From assembly GCF_001194135.2 (NCBI RefSeq), contig NC_068984.1:97458745-97506174 (forward strand): 47,430 bases of DNA, written 5' to 3'. This stretch comes from Octopus bimaculoides (Eukaryota). Under the pieces are notes generated by a model. The model saw nothing but the letters and a program-made list of their open reading frames with translations. It was not told where the DNA came from and made no database searches. Below are positions 22,758-34,314 of this stretch, in pieces. The position numbers and the translations under genes are program-made. The stretch's first letter is position 1. Every line of letters begins with the position of its first letter.

Positions 22758-24000
22758 TGTTGTAGGGAATTAGTAATAATGGTACACCCCCTCCCACGTG
22801 ATGAATGAAATAATCTAGTCACTATAAGTAAAGAGAAGTGAAGTACCAGAGAACGTAGCAGGCAGTCAGAGATAGTCGTGTCTTTACTGGTTTTACTCAG
22901 TATACTGTATACTGGAAGTGGACGTTATAACAATACAACATGTTACGGATATAACAGTAGCGACGAAGATTTAAACAACTCACGAGGAATTAAACTCAAA
23001 AGATTTGGTTGTGTGAATTTTACGAAAACAAATCAAAATTATGGAAAATTTGTTGGCCGGTTTTCTCGAGTTGCAAAGACAGCAACAGCAGCAGCTACAA
23101 CTGCAAGAACAACAGCTGAGGAAACAATACCACCACCACCACCAACAACAACAACTGAAAGAACAACAGCAGCAGATACAACAACACCATCGACTACAAC
23201 TGAAAGAACAACAGCAGCAGATACGATTGCAAGAGCAACAACAGAAGCAATAACAACAACAAATAATATTACAGCAACAAATGCTGCAATTACTGAAGCC
23301 GTCAGTAAAGTCAGAAAGTGTTCTCAACAGATTACGTCGCAAACTCCATAACAGAGTTCAAATACGAACTTGACGAAGGAGTTACCTTCGAAGGATACTA
23401 CAGAAGATATGGGCAAATCTTCGGGAAAGAATGTAAAGATTGGGACGACGAAATGAAAACGCGCTTAATCTTGAGAAAACTGGTGGCAACAGAACATGAA
23501 CGATACAGTAATTATATACTCCCAATAAAACCGGATATAAACTTTAATGACACAATAGATACATTGTGTAAAATTTTCAGTGAAAAAAGCTTATTGTGCA
23601 ACACACATTGGAAGTGTCTGAACATAGAGAAAAACAATGACGAGGACTACATCACACAAGCTGGTAGAGTAAACAGGGAATGCGAGAAGTTCAAGCTGGA
23701 CGAATTAACGCCAGATATGTTCATGCCTGATTTTTACACGGGGACTAACTGCCGAATAGGACGCAGGAGTTAGATCTAGAATTCTCACACAGCTGAAACA
23801 AAACCAGGATGTAGCCTTACAACAAATGTTATAAGAATGTGAAAAGAATGTGAAAGGATAGCCAAATTAAGACACGACACAGAGGAAATCGAACAGAAAG
23901 ATTGTTTCCAAGTAAAACAAGTGCGAAATAGTCAGAACAAAGATAAAGTGTTTTCTAAAAAACATGAAATAAACCTATGTTGAGCAAAAATTATCCATTT
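22758..24000 (+). mobile_element. Truncated Gypsy-type LTR retrotransposon: putative 5' LTR (22758-22956), degenerate PBS and K02A2.6-like gag
   Basis: TGTTG...TAACA LTR-like termini followed by gtagcgacgaag, resembling the tggcgacga PBS. gag starts at 23041 with a Gln-rich N-terminus, then SITEFKYELDEGVTFEGYYRRY...RLILRKL...EHERYSNYILP...AGRVNRECEKF. Confidence 0.8.
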
Positions 24001-24049
24001 AAGAAAGCGGAGAGCTTTCGTTGTGGAGATATAGGATATATAAAGACGC

Positions 24050-26172
24050 ACTGAGGGTCTACCCTATGAGTTTTATAAAAGTATACCAGACTTGTTCGGG
24101 CACCTACTGGAAGGAGTCTATGCCAAGTGGAAGCAGAATGGGAGTATTCCCAAGTCTATGAGCCACGTTGTGGTAACTCTGATCAGAAAGGCCAGAGCAA
24201 GGGGGACATTATTAGCAACTTTCGGTCCATAACTCTGTTAAATACAGAGTTAAAGATGTTGGCCAAGGTGCAAGCAAAGAGGTTGGCGCGGGTTGTAGGC
24301 GACCTTGTCGGGGAGACACGAATTTGCGCCATTCCCGGCAGGTCGATACACGACAATCTCCACCTCATACGCTACACCTTATAGCGGGTGGGTAAAATTA
24401 CTGGCAAAAGTGGGGTACTGGTGCATTTAAACCAGTCTAAAGCATTCGACAGAGTCGACCACCGGTACCTGGTGGCGATTCTCGGAGCGGCTGGGCTGGG
24501 CTGGGCCCAACTTTCCGCGGCTGGATCGCTGCTATGTACAGCAACATTGAGTCTGTCGTCCGAGTGAACGTTTTCCTTTCGAAACCATTCGAGATAGAGC
24601 GCTCTGTTCGCCAGGGATGTCCCCTTGTCTCCGCTTTTGTATGTGCTGGCTCTTGAGTCAATCTGCAAAGGTTGGAGGCTATAGAGGGCAACCTACGTGA
24701 TCTGAGTGGTGGGAAGACGGTGACTGCATATGCAGATGACATCACCATCGTTGTGTCTGATGAAGGGCAAGCTAACTTGTGTAGAAAACGCCTTCAGAAG
24801 ATACGAAGTCGGTCGGCTTGCAACTCGGCACCTGAGGGAGGGGGACAATTGGATGCCACCCAATAACGTCGTGGGACGTTGGACGTAAGGCTCGGAGTCT
24901 GGTTTGGTCCATATCTCCAGATGGAGAAGAATTGGGGTGAGGTAACAAGCAAGGTAACTGCCCTAACCCACATCTGGTCTGGGAGGGCGCTATCAATACG
25001 TGGAAGAGCGGAGGTGACGCAGGTGTTTATTATATCCGTTATCACCTTCCGCCTGACCATCATGCCTTGTCCTGATTTGTGGCTGAGTAAGTTAGAGAGA
25101 CTCCTCTTCCGCTTCTTGTGAATGGAGAGACCACTTGTAAGGCGCCCTAACAGCTGTCAAAAGCCATTAAAGGGTGAGCTAGGGATGCCGTGGCTGAAGA
25201 TGCGCAACTTTGCGCTGAGGCTTAGGCACCTGTGGAGTTACCTAGATGGTAAGCAGGTGTGGTCACGGCTCGTGAAGTTCTTCCTTCCACAGTTGACTTC
25301 TCTTCGGGATTTAGGTCTTTGGATCAGGCGAAGACCTAGGTTGGGTGATTGGCAATTAGAGCGCCGACAGACACTCACGCTTCGCTCCCGGACGGGCAAT
25401 GTCGGCACCTGGAGTTCCACCGTGGACTTCTATAGTGGGCTGGTAGAGCAACTGTCAGACGATGTCCTGGGGGAGACTCTGGGCTTCCATAGAAATCAGT
25501 TGGTCAAACTGTTCGGGAGGACTTTCGGGCCGGGGTACCTGGATAATTACCAAAAATCCATGGACTGGTTCTGTTACCGATCAGCTTTACTTGTTCGAGA
25601 GAGGCTATCGAGGCATGGTTATGCCAAACCCATGCCCGAGTGTGGGCGGGACAGTGAAACTGTCCTGCATGCCTTCGTGCAGCGTGCGGAGATAAAGGGA
25701 CTGATAGCTCATGTCGAACAGCTGTTGTCGACAGGAAGAGTACACTATCATCTGAATCGATTATCAAGATTGTTCCGCCCTCTTACCTTAACGGGGAGAG
25801 GAAGGACAGTTTCTTTTGCATACTGAAAGAAACAGTATGGAGGACACGGGTGAAAGGGATCGTAACAAATATCTTTATTTCAAGCCGAGGTCAAGTTAAT
25901 TATATTAACTATCACCTCAGAAGTACGGGCTGGAAAAGAGATACCTGTCACACAGTATGTTTCGAAAAAGATGGCTGAATGTGGAAAGAAAGTTGAGTAT
26001 GGATGGAGCCGGCTGAGCCCAGCCATCCGACAGGATAAGAAGGGAGCGTCGGTTAACGGCGGTGGGCTTATTAGCCCAGGCAACTTACTAATTTTTATCC
26101 GATTTTATTTATTCAAAAATGTTTAACATTATATATTTTTTTGTAATCATAAACGAAAAAAAAACAAAAAAA
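24050..26172 (+). mobile_element. 5'-truncated L1/Tx1-clade LINE (RT, C-terminal Zn-finger region, A-rich tail), degraded
   Basis: GLPYEFYK, NFRSITLLNTELKMLAK, GRSIHDNL, QSKAFDRVDH, SVRQGCPLSPLL, TAYADDITI and PECGRDSETVLH. A-rich tail at 26150-26172. Confidence 0.9.
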
Positions 26173-26435
26173 ACTCGGACTCATTAACGTTTGTCTGTTC
26201 TTGTACATAACGTGCAATAGATTTCTTCGTAACCAGTTTTCTGTTTTCTTGTCTTCTCGGGCTCTCGTTTGACGGCTGCTGGCTTTGTTTAAGCCAACCT
26301 ACGTTTTCAATTGTTTCTGCTGTTATTCATATTTCTAGGTGTAGCTTTATACACTCCTTTGTGTTGCTTCCCTTTGCGGCTACATTAGACAATTAACAAC
26401 ATTACTTTTCACATACCAAGGAAAATAAACAAACG

Positions 26436-26575
26436 TTTGTGTGTGTGTATGTGTGTGTGGGTGTGTGGGTGTGGGTGTGTATCTATCCATCTGTCTCTTT
26501 GTGTACATATGTATGTATGTATGTATGTATGTTTGTGTGTTTGTGTGTGGGTGTATGTGTGTGTGTGTCGTCACG
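26436..26575. repeat. Compound (TG)n/(TATG)n microsatellite
   Basis: Directly visible. Confidence 0.9.
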
Positions 26576-26744
26576 TGTAAACGCATGCACACAAATATAG
26601 TTGATACTCAATTATTTTCCTTACAATTCTTGTTTCATGTGACTGCGATCTTTCAGAATATTCATTACTTTTTGAGGGACAATATGCTCTACACCAGTTA
26701 GGTTTAGTGTGAGATCTTCTTTTTCAATTTTCAGCTACGTTTGA

Positions 26745-27091
26745 ATGTATGTATGTCATTATTCAGTTCTATAACAAGTTTTCTTGTCAATAGAGAACGA
26801 GCAGGTTTCTAACCTAGATCCAAGGCTCCTTCATTGGAATTTCAACATCAGCAGAGTATGTATGTATGTATGTATGTATGTATGTATAATTGCAGATTTA
26901 TTCTTTTATTCTTTTACTTGTTTCAGTCATTTGACTGCGGCCATGCTGGAGCACCACCTTTAGTCGAGCAAATCAACCCCAGAACTTATCCTTTATAAGC
27001 TTAATACTTATTCTATCGGTCGCTTTGCCGAACCGCTAAGTTACGGAAACGTAAACACACCAACATCGGTTGTTAAGCGATGTTGATGGGA

Positions 27092-27147
<56 letters not shown>

Positions 27148-28175
27148 CATATATACGACGGGCTTCTTTCAGTTTTCGTTTACCAAATCCACTCACAAGG
27201 CTTTGGTCGGCCCGAGGCTAAAGTAGAAGACACTTGCCCAAGGTGCCACGCGGTGGGACTGAACCCGGAATCATGTGGTTGGTAAGCAAGCTATTTACCA
27301 CACAGCCAACGTATGTATTGTCATGTATATACTTGCATGTCTAGACATGCTCATATATACTAAAATGATAAACTTCTGGAAAGTTTTATAGATTTTTATA
27401 GTTCCTGTGATGGCTTGGATCTGTAGTCTTCGAATTAGCTTTCTCCTTTCTGGTTTTGAAAAGACTAATTTCTCAAGATTGGTATTTAGGCAGTGTGTTA
27501 CATATACCAGTGCTCCAATAATTATAGGCATAAATCTGAACTTGAAATCTGGATAGAGTAGCTGTAGATTCCTCAATAGTTCAACATAGGCATTTTGTTT
27601 TTCGCTGATCTTTAGCTTCATGTTAGCATCCGCTGGGCAGCTGATTTCCCCAACTGCACACAGTTTCTCTTCTCTGTCCCAAATTGCTATGTCAGATATA
27701 TTATGTTTACATTTTGTTTAGGTTTTCTCTCGGACATTCCACCAGTACTCATTATTATGTTTGGCTATGGCTTCTTCCATACTGTGGGTTCTTATTTCTT
27801 TGGCCTCGGGGTTATCCTTCCGCCGCATCTCAATATACACTGTAGCACCATATCTCATCGGTAGATAATATTGTGATAACATTTTCGGACAACTACTTAT
27901 GATGTGGGTGATATCTTCGGTGTTAATTCCACAAAGTCTGCATCGGTTATCACGTTTTGCTGCTTTTCCTGCGTCTCTGTCCCTTTCATGCATCAGGTAT
28001 TTGGTCGATATTTCTTGTTCCTGAATTGCTAACGTATACCTTTCAAAATGGGACTTAGTAATCCGGCTGTTGGTCCATGATAGACTGCTTTGATGATCAA
28101 TGTTACTATCATCCCAGAGCTTTCTACTAACATATCCATGCATGGTTTTCTACTGATATACGCTTATCCTTTCAT
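26745..28175 (-). mobile_element. 3' part of an RLE (R4/Dong-like) LINE with 3' UTR and (CATA)n tail, interrupted by a SINE
   Basis: Minus-strand ORFs give CRLCGINTEDITHIISSCP (CCHC), SDIAIWD...VGEISCP...EKQNAY (PD-(D/E)xK-like nuclease) and PIIIGAL, ending near 27295-27330. The presumed UTR continues past the SINE to gaataatga-catacatacat at ~26745; the UTR extent is inferred. Confidence 0.8.
26898..27310 (-). mobile_element. Composite tRNA-derived SINE (CORE-like head, internal microsatellite, second module)
   Basis: Minus strand: tggctgtgtggtaa (A box), ggttcagtccc (B box) and accttgggcaagtgtctt (CORE-like), then an (AC)23/(TA) array, then ...gctccagcatggccgcagtcaaatgactgaaacaagtaaaagaa tail. 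Confidence 0.9.
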
Positions 28176-28195
28176 CTGATGATATATTGCGGTAG

Positions 28196-28372
28196 AATGT
28201 GTGTATGTATGTATGTATGTATGTACGTATGTATGTATGTATGTATGTATGTGTGTGTATGTATGTATGTATGCATGTGTGTGTGTGTGTATGTATGTGT
28301 GTATGTATGTATGTATGTATGTATGTATGTATGTATGTATGTATGTATGTATGTATGTGTGTATGTATGTTC
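28196..28372. repeat. (TATG)n/(TG)n microsatellite
   Basis: Directly visible. Confidence 0.95.
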
Positions 28373-30273
28373 TCTCCTACGTATTTTTAACTATTTGAAG
28401 CCTTCCTCTCAGGAGGAGGCTTGTTTCTAACAATTATACAGAGCTCTATCATTGGAACGTAAACTATTTAAATTTGAGAAATGTTCTGTATACTCATACT
28501 AGTCCACTTATTTTATTGCCGACGTTGGTACAGTAGCCCCTCGTATCTGTAACTAGCAACGATGCATTCCGGTTGAAATCTTGCTATTTATTCCATGTCT
28601 AAGACCAGAACATTCATGATCTTGAGAAGGTGCTTTCTAAAGGAATGTTTTCTTTTCGCATCACCAAATATAACGCTTGTAGATTGAAAGCAAACTTGTA
28701 ATTTATATTGGCTCGTTCAAAAATTATTCTACGCTAATGAAGTTTTTCACGTAGAACCCTAAATTCTAATTTTAGAGTAATTAGCTTTCACTGAAGAGCT
28801 TGGCATGAAATGTGCCGTAGAGATTTGTTAATTTTTGCATAAGATGTAACTGTAGAGATATGAACTCATTATACATCTTACATTTTATTCTTGTGATCAA
28901 CTAGCCAATACGATGGCGCAAATTGGTGATGTTTTGTTTTCCATCTAAGGTGCTTCCGTTTAGTAACTTTATTACCACATATGCTGCACGCTTCTCCCAG
29001 ATGTTCTTTAAGCGTGACAGCAGCTGTGTATATGAAGATATCCAGAAATTAGATCCACATGAACCCATTCTCCAGCAGCATCATTGATAATTTTCAACAT
29101 GAAAGCAATTGGGTTTTTTTCCTTTAATCTTTCAAAGAATGCCCTATTGCTCAATGACAGCTTAGAAAAAGTAGAACTGTGATTCAAAATGTTCTTGAGT
29201 TGAATATATTCTACAGCCGTCTCTCTGTCGAATCAGCTACATGTGGAGATATATAAAAGTTTTGTTGTGGCGACATCGGTTGTTTCCATTATTTTCGATT
29301 TCTCTTACGGAAGATTTTGACTGGTTCTCAGTCTTTTGAGAAGACGGATAAGCACCACGAGATTTAGCCATATTCTTATAAAGACACCCGTTACCGAAGC
29401 ATCGTAAAATTGTTTAAGTTTCAAGGAGCTTCATTCCAGTATTGTTTTAGCTACATCAAATGGCCGATTGAAGGGTTATCATGGGCTTTTCATAGCATTG
29501 AAGTAGATATTAGTTTAAATATAAAGTTCAATAGCTTACAGGTTTCCTAGTATTGCTTGTATAGGTATCGATGTTGGTGTTATTATCTATATCAGCCATG
29601 ATTATTCTAGCTGATCTCAACGTGGTGTAAGGTATATTTTGTTGCCCAGTCTGAATAAAGCGAAGTCGGTAATTAAAAAGTGTTTATACATATATATATT
29701 ATNNNNNNNNNNNNNNNNNNNNNNNNNNNNNNNNNNNNNNNNNNNNNNNNNNNNNNNNNNNNNNNNNNNNNNNNNNNNNNNNNNNNNNNNNNNNNNNNNN
29801 NNCAGTACCCAGTAGTGCAATTTTCTGTATGTTATATATATTTGTTTTCTGTTATGCGCGAACTAACACACAAAATCCTATTCCCAATAATGAAAAGAGA
29901 ATTTCAACAACAAACAATGAGTGTTTTTTTTTATTGCGGCTTGTTATGAGCATCTTCTTTGACTGATTCTTCTCTTCCTTGTTTTCTTTTTTCACACAGA
30001 TAAAACATTTAAATAATACAGGAACAACAAATTTAAAGAAGTAAAAAAAAAAATACAGTTATGTCTCGATGTCTACGCTGACACGTGATAACTTCCCTCA
30101 TTTTCTGTTAGGCGTGAGCAGTCCTGGGGAGAAAGGAAGTTTGGTGTGAAAAGTTTTCAACGTACTTTTGTATTACTCTGGATAACTGAATAATTTAAAT
30201 ATTTATTTTTTCTCTTCCTTTTTATATCTTTCGCTGGGAAAGGGATGGTATCTAAACTATTTTAGCCGGTTAT

Positions 30274-30308
30274 TATATAAAGCTTCAATCTGCTTATCTG
30301 GATCAGAA
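30274..30308 (+). promoter_or_regulatory. Candidate core promoter: TATA box (TATATAAA, 30274-30281) and Inr-like TCAGA (~30303)
   Basis: The TATA-to-Inr spacing is ~30 nt, and the ATG of the signal-peptide exon lies ~45 nt further downstream. Confidence 0.55.
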
Positions 30309-30349
30309 GACATCACTGCACCCTTAACTTTCACTCAGAGAAAGCAACT

Positions 30350-30407
30350 ATGTTTCGTTTCTTGCTACTAATTTTAGCAGCTATTTCCTCTGTTAGTTGC
30401 TTGAAAG
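30350..30407 (+). CDS. Exon 1 of the secreted cysteine-rich module protein: signal peptide MFRFLLLILAAISSVSCLK-G
   Basis: ATG, a basic residue, a hydrophobic core and small residues at a plausible cleavage site. The donor AAG|GTAAGT is phase 1 and matches the phase-1 acceptor tctctttgcAG|GA at 36271, giving ...CLKGKCMHNG... in frame with the ORF at 36280. Confidence 0.85.
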
Positions 30408-32146
30408 GTAAGTTTCTTATATTGAATCTTCTAATTTATAAATTTTGACATTTTGTAAGGGAAGTCGGTTAAGTTTGATATTCATAGCTTTACCCCTTTT
30501 GCTATTATACCTCTAAAGGATTGTTTTCTGAGATAATATTATAAATATGCTTGTCTGTATGCGTTACTATTTGTCTTTCTATCGCTCGCTCGCCAAGTGG
30601 CGATGCAGTACTTAAATCCTCTGTAGACCGCGTCAGACCGGTAAGGACAATGGTTGATATTCAGCATGATTTTCTGTAGGTTGATGTCTGATGAAAAATG
30701 TTGGTGTAGAAGGGATGTGGTTATAGTGGGTGTTCTGAGATAGTAGGGCGAGAAGAACTGTTTAGTTGTGCGCTTAGCAGGTGATATATAATAGGGGCAA
30801 GAGAAGAAAAAACAATTGAATTTAAGACTTTAGCAAGCTTGTAGCTTGAGTACTGTATAAACTGTTGTCGTATGATAGAAAAGAAATTGAGAGGATGCAG
30901 CGCATCAGTGCACTAATAGCTGTGTTAATAGCTGATATTCAGCTGGATGGCTATTTTCATTATAAATATTTCTCTATGCGGAAGGTGCTCCATTCTAAAT
31001 ACATGAGCAATACTCAATATAGATGTTACATGAGTATTGTACAAGTTCAACAACTAATCAGTGCTTAAAACAGAGAAAATATTTAGTCTTTGACAAGTAG
31101 TTTTGGTCACCATGAAGAATCCTTAGTGGTTGTGGGGAATAGCATATGTGTACATTGAATGATGTAACTAAATATTATTCCCGAGTTGATCCGATGTTGC
31201 GACTACACTTTAATGCGAATAAAGCTGTATAGTAGTGACTTCAATATTTATCCATCGAGAATCGACTAGCTTCACTATTTATATCAAACAATGTGTATAT
31301 ATACGACATAATTAATACGTACTCTGAATAAATAAATATATACATTCTTAATGATTTATGGTACGGAGAAGGGGTGAGCGTACACACACTGTAGTCAACT
31401 CCTTTTTATTTTAATTAAAACATAAAAAAATCTATTTTTCGCACAAAGCTATATATTATTGAACAAATAGCTAGTCGTTTCAACTGATAGGTTCTTATTT
31501 TATCGATCTACGAAAAAATTAAAAGCAAAGTCTGCCATGACAATATTTTTTAACATCTAAATATTTCGAGTATTTCGACTCATTGTTCCATGTTCTAATT
31601 TCAAATGTTGAATTTACTTTTCTTCCCACTGGAGGTTGATAAAGTAAGTACCAGTAATTAAGTGAACTGACTGAACATCAATTGGTTTCTTTTGAGCTGG
31701 TATAAATGGCCTTTTATTAGTGGCATAAGTTAAATGAACTGGTTCCATCCAAAATCGAGACTACAACGCGGAATACTTCACCTAGAGTTTGCATCTTACT
31801 ACACTGCAATCGCCATTAATACTGAATAGTAAACTGATTTTACACGTGGAATATCGATAAGCGCCTCCACGATTTATTTTAGATTCTCCATCAAAGGCAG
31901 ATCATTTCACGCTGCTTCTTGAGAAAGGCATGAATGCTGAAAAATCTTGTTATTATAATGAATTGAGGAACGACGAAAATCTAAATTTAAGATGGGTCAA
32001 AAACCCAGATGGAACGAGTAGATTGAGTAGAAAATCATGACTGTCTATGTTAGGTGCCGAAATTTGCTTTACCGTATTGAAAGTACCTGACATATAATAA
32101 ACTTTCTATTATATATATTCCATTTCTAGACGCAGACGTGGCTTAT

Positions 32147-32346
32147 AGGCGCAGGCGTAGCTGTTTGATAGTAGGCTTGCTTCCCAATTACATGGTTCTG
32201 GGTTCAGTCCCACTGCGTGATACCTTGTGCAAATGTCTTCTACTATAGCCTTGGGCAAAACTATAGCCTTGGGCAAAACTATAGCCTTGGGCAAAACTAT
32301 AGCCTTGCGAGTGGATTTGGTAAAGGGAAACTGAAAGAAGCTCGTC

Positions 32347-32350
<4 letters not shown>
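32147..32350 (+). mobile_element. Composite SINE head with an internal 18-bp tandem amplification (intron 1)
   Basis: ggcgcaggcgtagctg...ggttcagtccc...accttg, then actatagccttgggcaaa x3.7 (32242-32307), then gagtggatttgg...gtcgta(TA)n. Confidence 0.85.
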
Positions 32351-32390
<40 letters not shown>

Positions 32391-33144
32391 NNNNNNNNNN
32401 NNNNNNNNNNNNNNNNNNNNNNNNNNNNNNNNNNNNNNNNNNNNNNNNNNNNNNNNNNNNNNNNNNNNNNNNNNNNNNNNNNNNNNNNNNNNNNNNNNNN
32501 NNNNNNNNNNNNNNNNNNNNNNNNNNNNNNNNNNNNNNNNNNNNNNNNNNNNNNNNNNNNNNNNNNNNNNNNNNNNNNNNNNNNNNNNNNNNNNNNNNNN
32601 NNNNNNNNNNNNNNNNNNNNNNNNNNNNNNNNNNNNNNNNNNNNNNNNNNNNNNNNNNNNNNNNNNNNNNNNNNNNNNNNNNNNNNNNNNNNNNNNNNNN
32701 NNNNNNNNNNNNNNNNNNNNNNNNNNNNNNNNNNNNNNNNNNNNNNNNNNNNNNNNNNNNNNNNNNNNNNNNNNNNNNNNNNNNNNNNNNNNNNNNNNNN
32801 NNNNNNNNNNNNNNNNNNNNNNNNNNNNNNNNNNNNNNNNNNNNNNNNNNNNNNNNNNNNNNNNNNNNNNNNNNNNNNNNNNNNNNNNNNNNNNNNNNNN
32901 NNNNNNNNNNNNNNNNNNNNNNNNNNNNNNNNNNNNNNNNNNNNNNNNNNNNNNNNNNNNNNNNNNNNNNNNNNNNNNNNNNNNNNNNNNNNNNNNNNNN
33001 NNNNNNNNNNNNNNNNNNNNNNNNNNNNNNNNNNNNNNNNNNNNNNNNNNNNNNNNNNNNNNNNNNNNNNNNNNNNNNNNNNNNNNNNNNNNNNNNNNNN
33101 NNNNNNNNNNNNNNNNNNNNNNNNNNNNNNNNNNNNNNNNNNNN

Positions 33145-33177
<33 letters not shown>

Positions 33178-33528
33178 TATCAAGATCTATTCAGGAAATT
33201 ACTATTGTTTGAAAGGAATTTCTCATATAATGTCAATATTTTCTTTTTCTGTGTTGATCTTGTAACTCTTGAGTCACAAATTTGCTCAAATTTAAGTGAT
33301 CTGCATTAACTTTCTGTCCATTGAAACTTACAATGTTGGGTTCACTGGAATATAATTCCTCAATAGATTTATTTGTTTCGTATTCTGAAGGTTTATTTTA
33401 TTTTTTAAGATGTGATACAATTTTAAACGAAGTTTAAACGATTTACTTTTTAAGATTCGAACTTCCTTGAAAAGATGTAACACACTTCAATTGAGTAACA
33501 TAATCACATTAAATCAATAATGTATACC

Positions 33529-33725
33529 CTCTTTTACTCTTTTATTTGTTTCAGTCATTTGACTGTAGCCATGCAGGAGCACCGCCTTTAGTCGAGCAAA
33601 TCGACCCCAGGACTTATTCTTTGTAAGCCTAGTACTTATTCTATCGGTATCTTTTGCCGAACCGCTAAGTTACGGGGACGTAAACACACCAGCATCGGTT
33701 GTCAAGTGATGCTGGGGGGGGACAA

Positions 33726-33782
<57 letters not shown>

Positions 33783-33943
33783 TACGACGGGCTTCTTTCA
33801 GTTTCCATCTACCAAATCCACTCACAAGGCTTTGGTCGGCCCGAGGCTATAGTAGAAGACATTTGCTCAAGGTGCCACGTAGTGGGACTGAACCCGGAAC
33901 CATGCGGTTCGTAAGCAAGCTACTTACCACACAGCCACTCCTG
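33529..33943 (-). mobile_element. Composite tRNA-derived SINE, full copy (intron 1)
   Basis: Collinear with 26898-27310; internal array (AC)12(AT)11. Confidence 0.9.
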
Positions 33944-34078
33944 GAAAATATTTAATTTAATAGTAATGTAGTTTTGTGTACAATATTAAAGGGACACCTT
34001 GTATTCAGTGGGCAGAGAATACCAACATAACGTGATCTCATATATTAATAGTTTAAACAACTTTAAGAACTGATAGTA

Positions 34079-34314
34079 TAGTAATCCCTCGACTATCGCG
34101 AGTGCTACGTTCCTAAACCGCCCGCGATAGGTGAAAATCCGCGAAGTAGAAACAATACTGCACTGTATATGTTTTTAATTATTTTTATAATTTGTATATA
34201 TTTATTTTATCATAAATGCAAAACAACACCACGGAGGAATCTACGTAAGCTTAAATAATATACTGCGATAGGTGAACCGCGTTAGATGAACTGCGATATG
34301 GCGAGGGATTACTG
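34079..34314. mobile_element. Tigger/pogo-type MITE (236 bp) in intron 1
   Basis: Terminal inverted repeats (t/c)agtaatccctcg...cgagggattactg, with a TA duplication at 34077-78 and 34315-16. Confidence 0.85.

Noticed and set aside
22878-23351. Thr/Ala-rich ORF and Cys-rich antisense ORF
   Set aside because: Both are alternative frames of the CAG/CAA-rich gag N-terminus.
28531-29620. Tigger-like terminus (TA-CAGTAGCCCCTCG) and faint piggyBac-like minus-strand peptides
   Set aside because: I found no matching second TIR, and the peptide similarity is too weak to call by eye.
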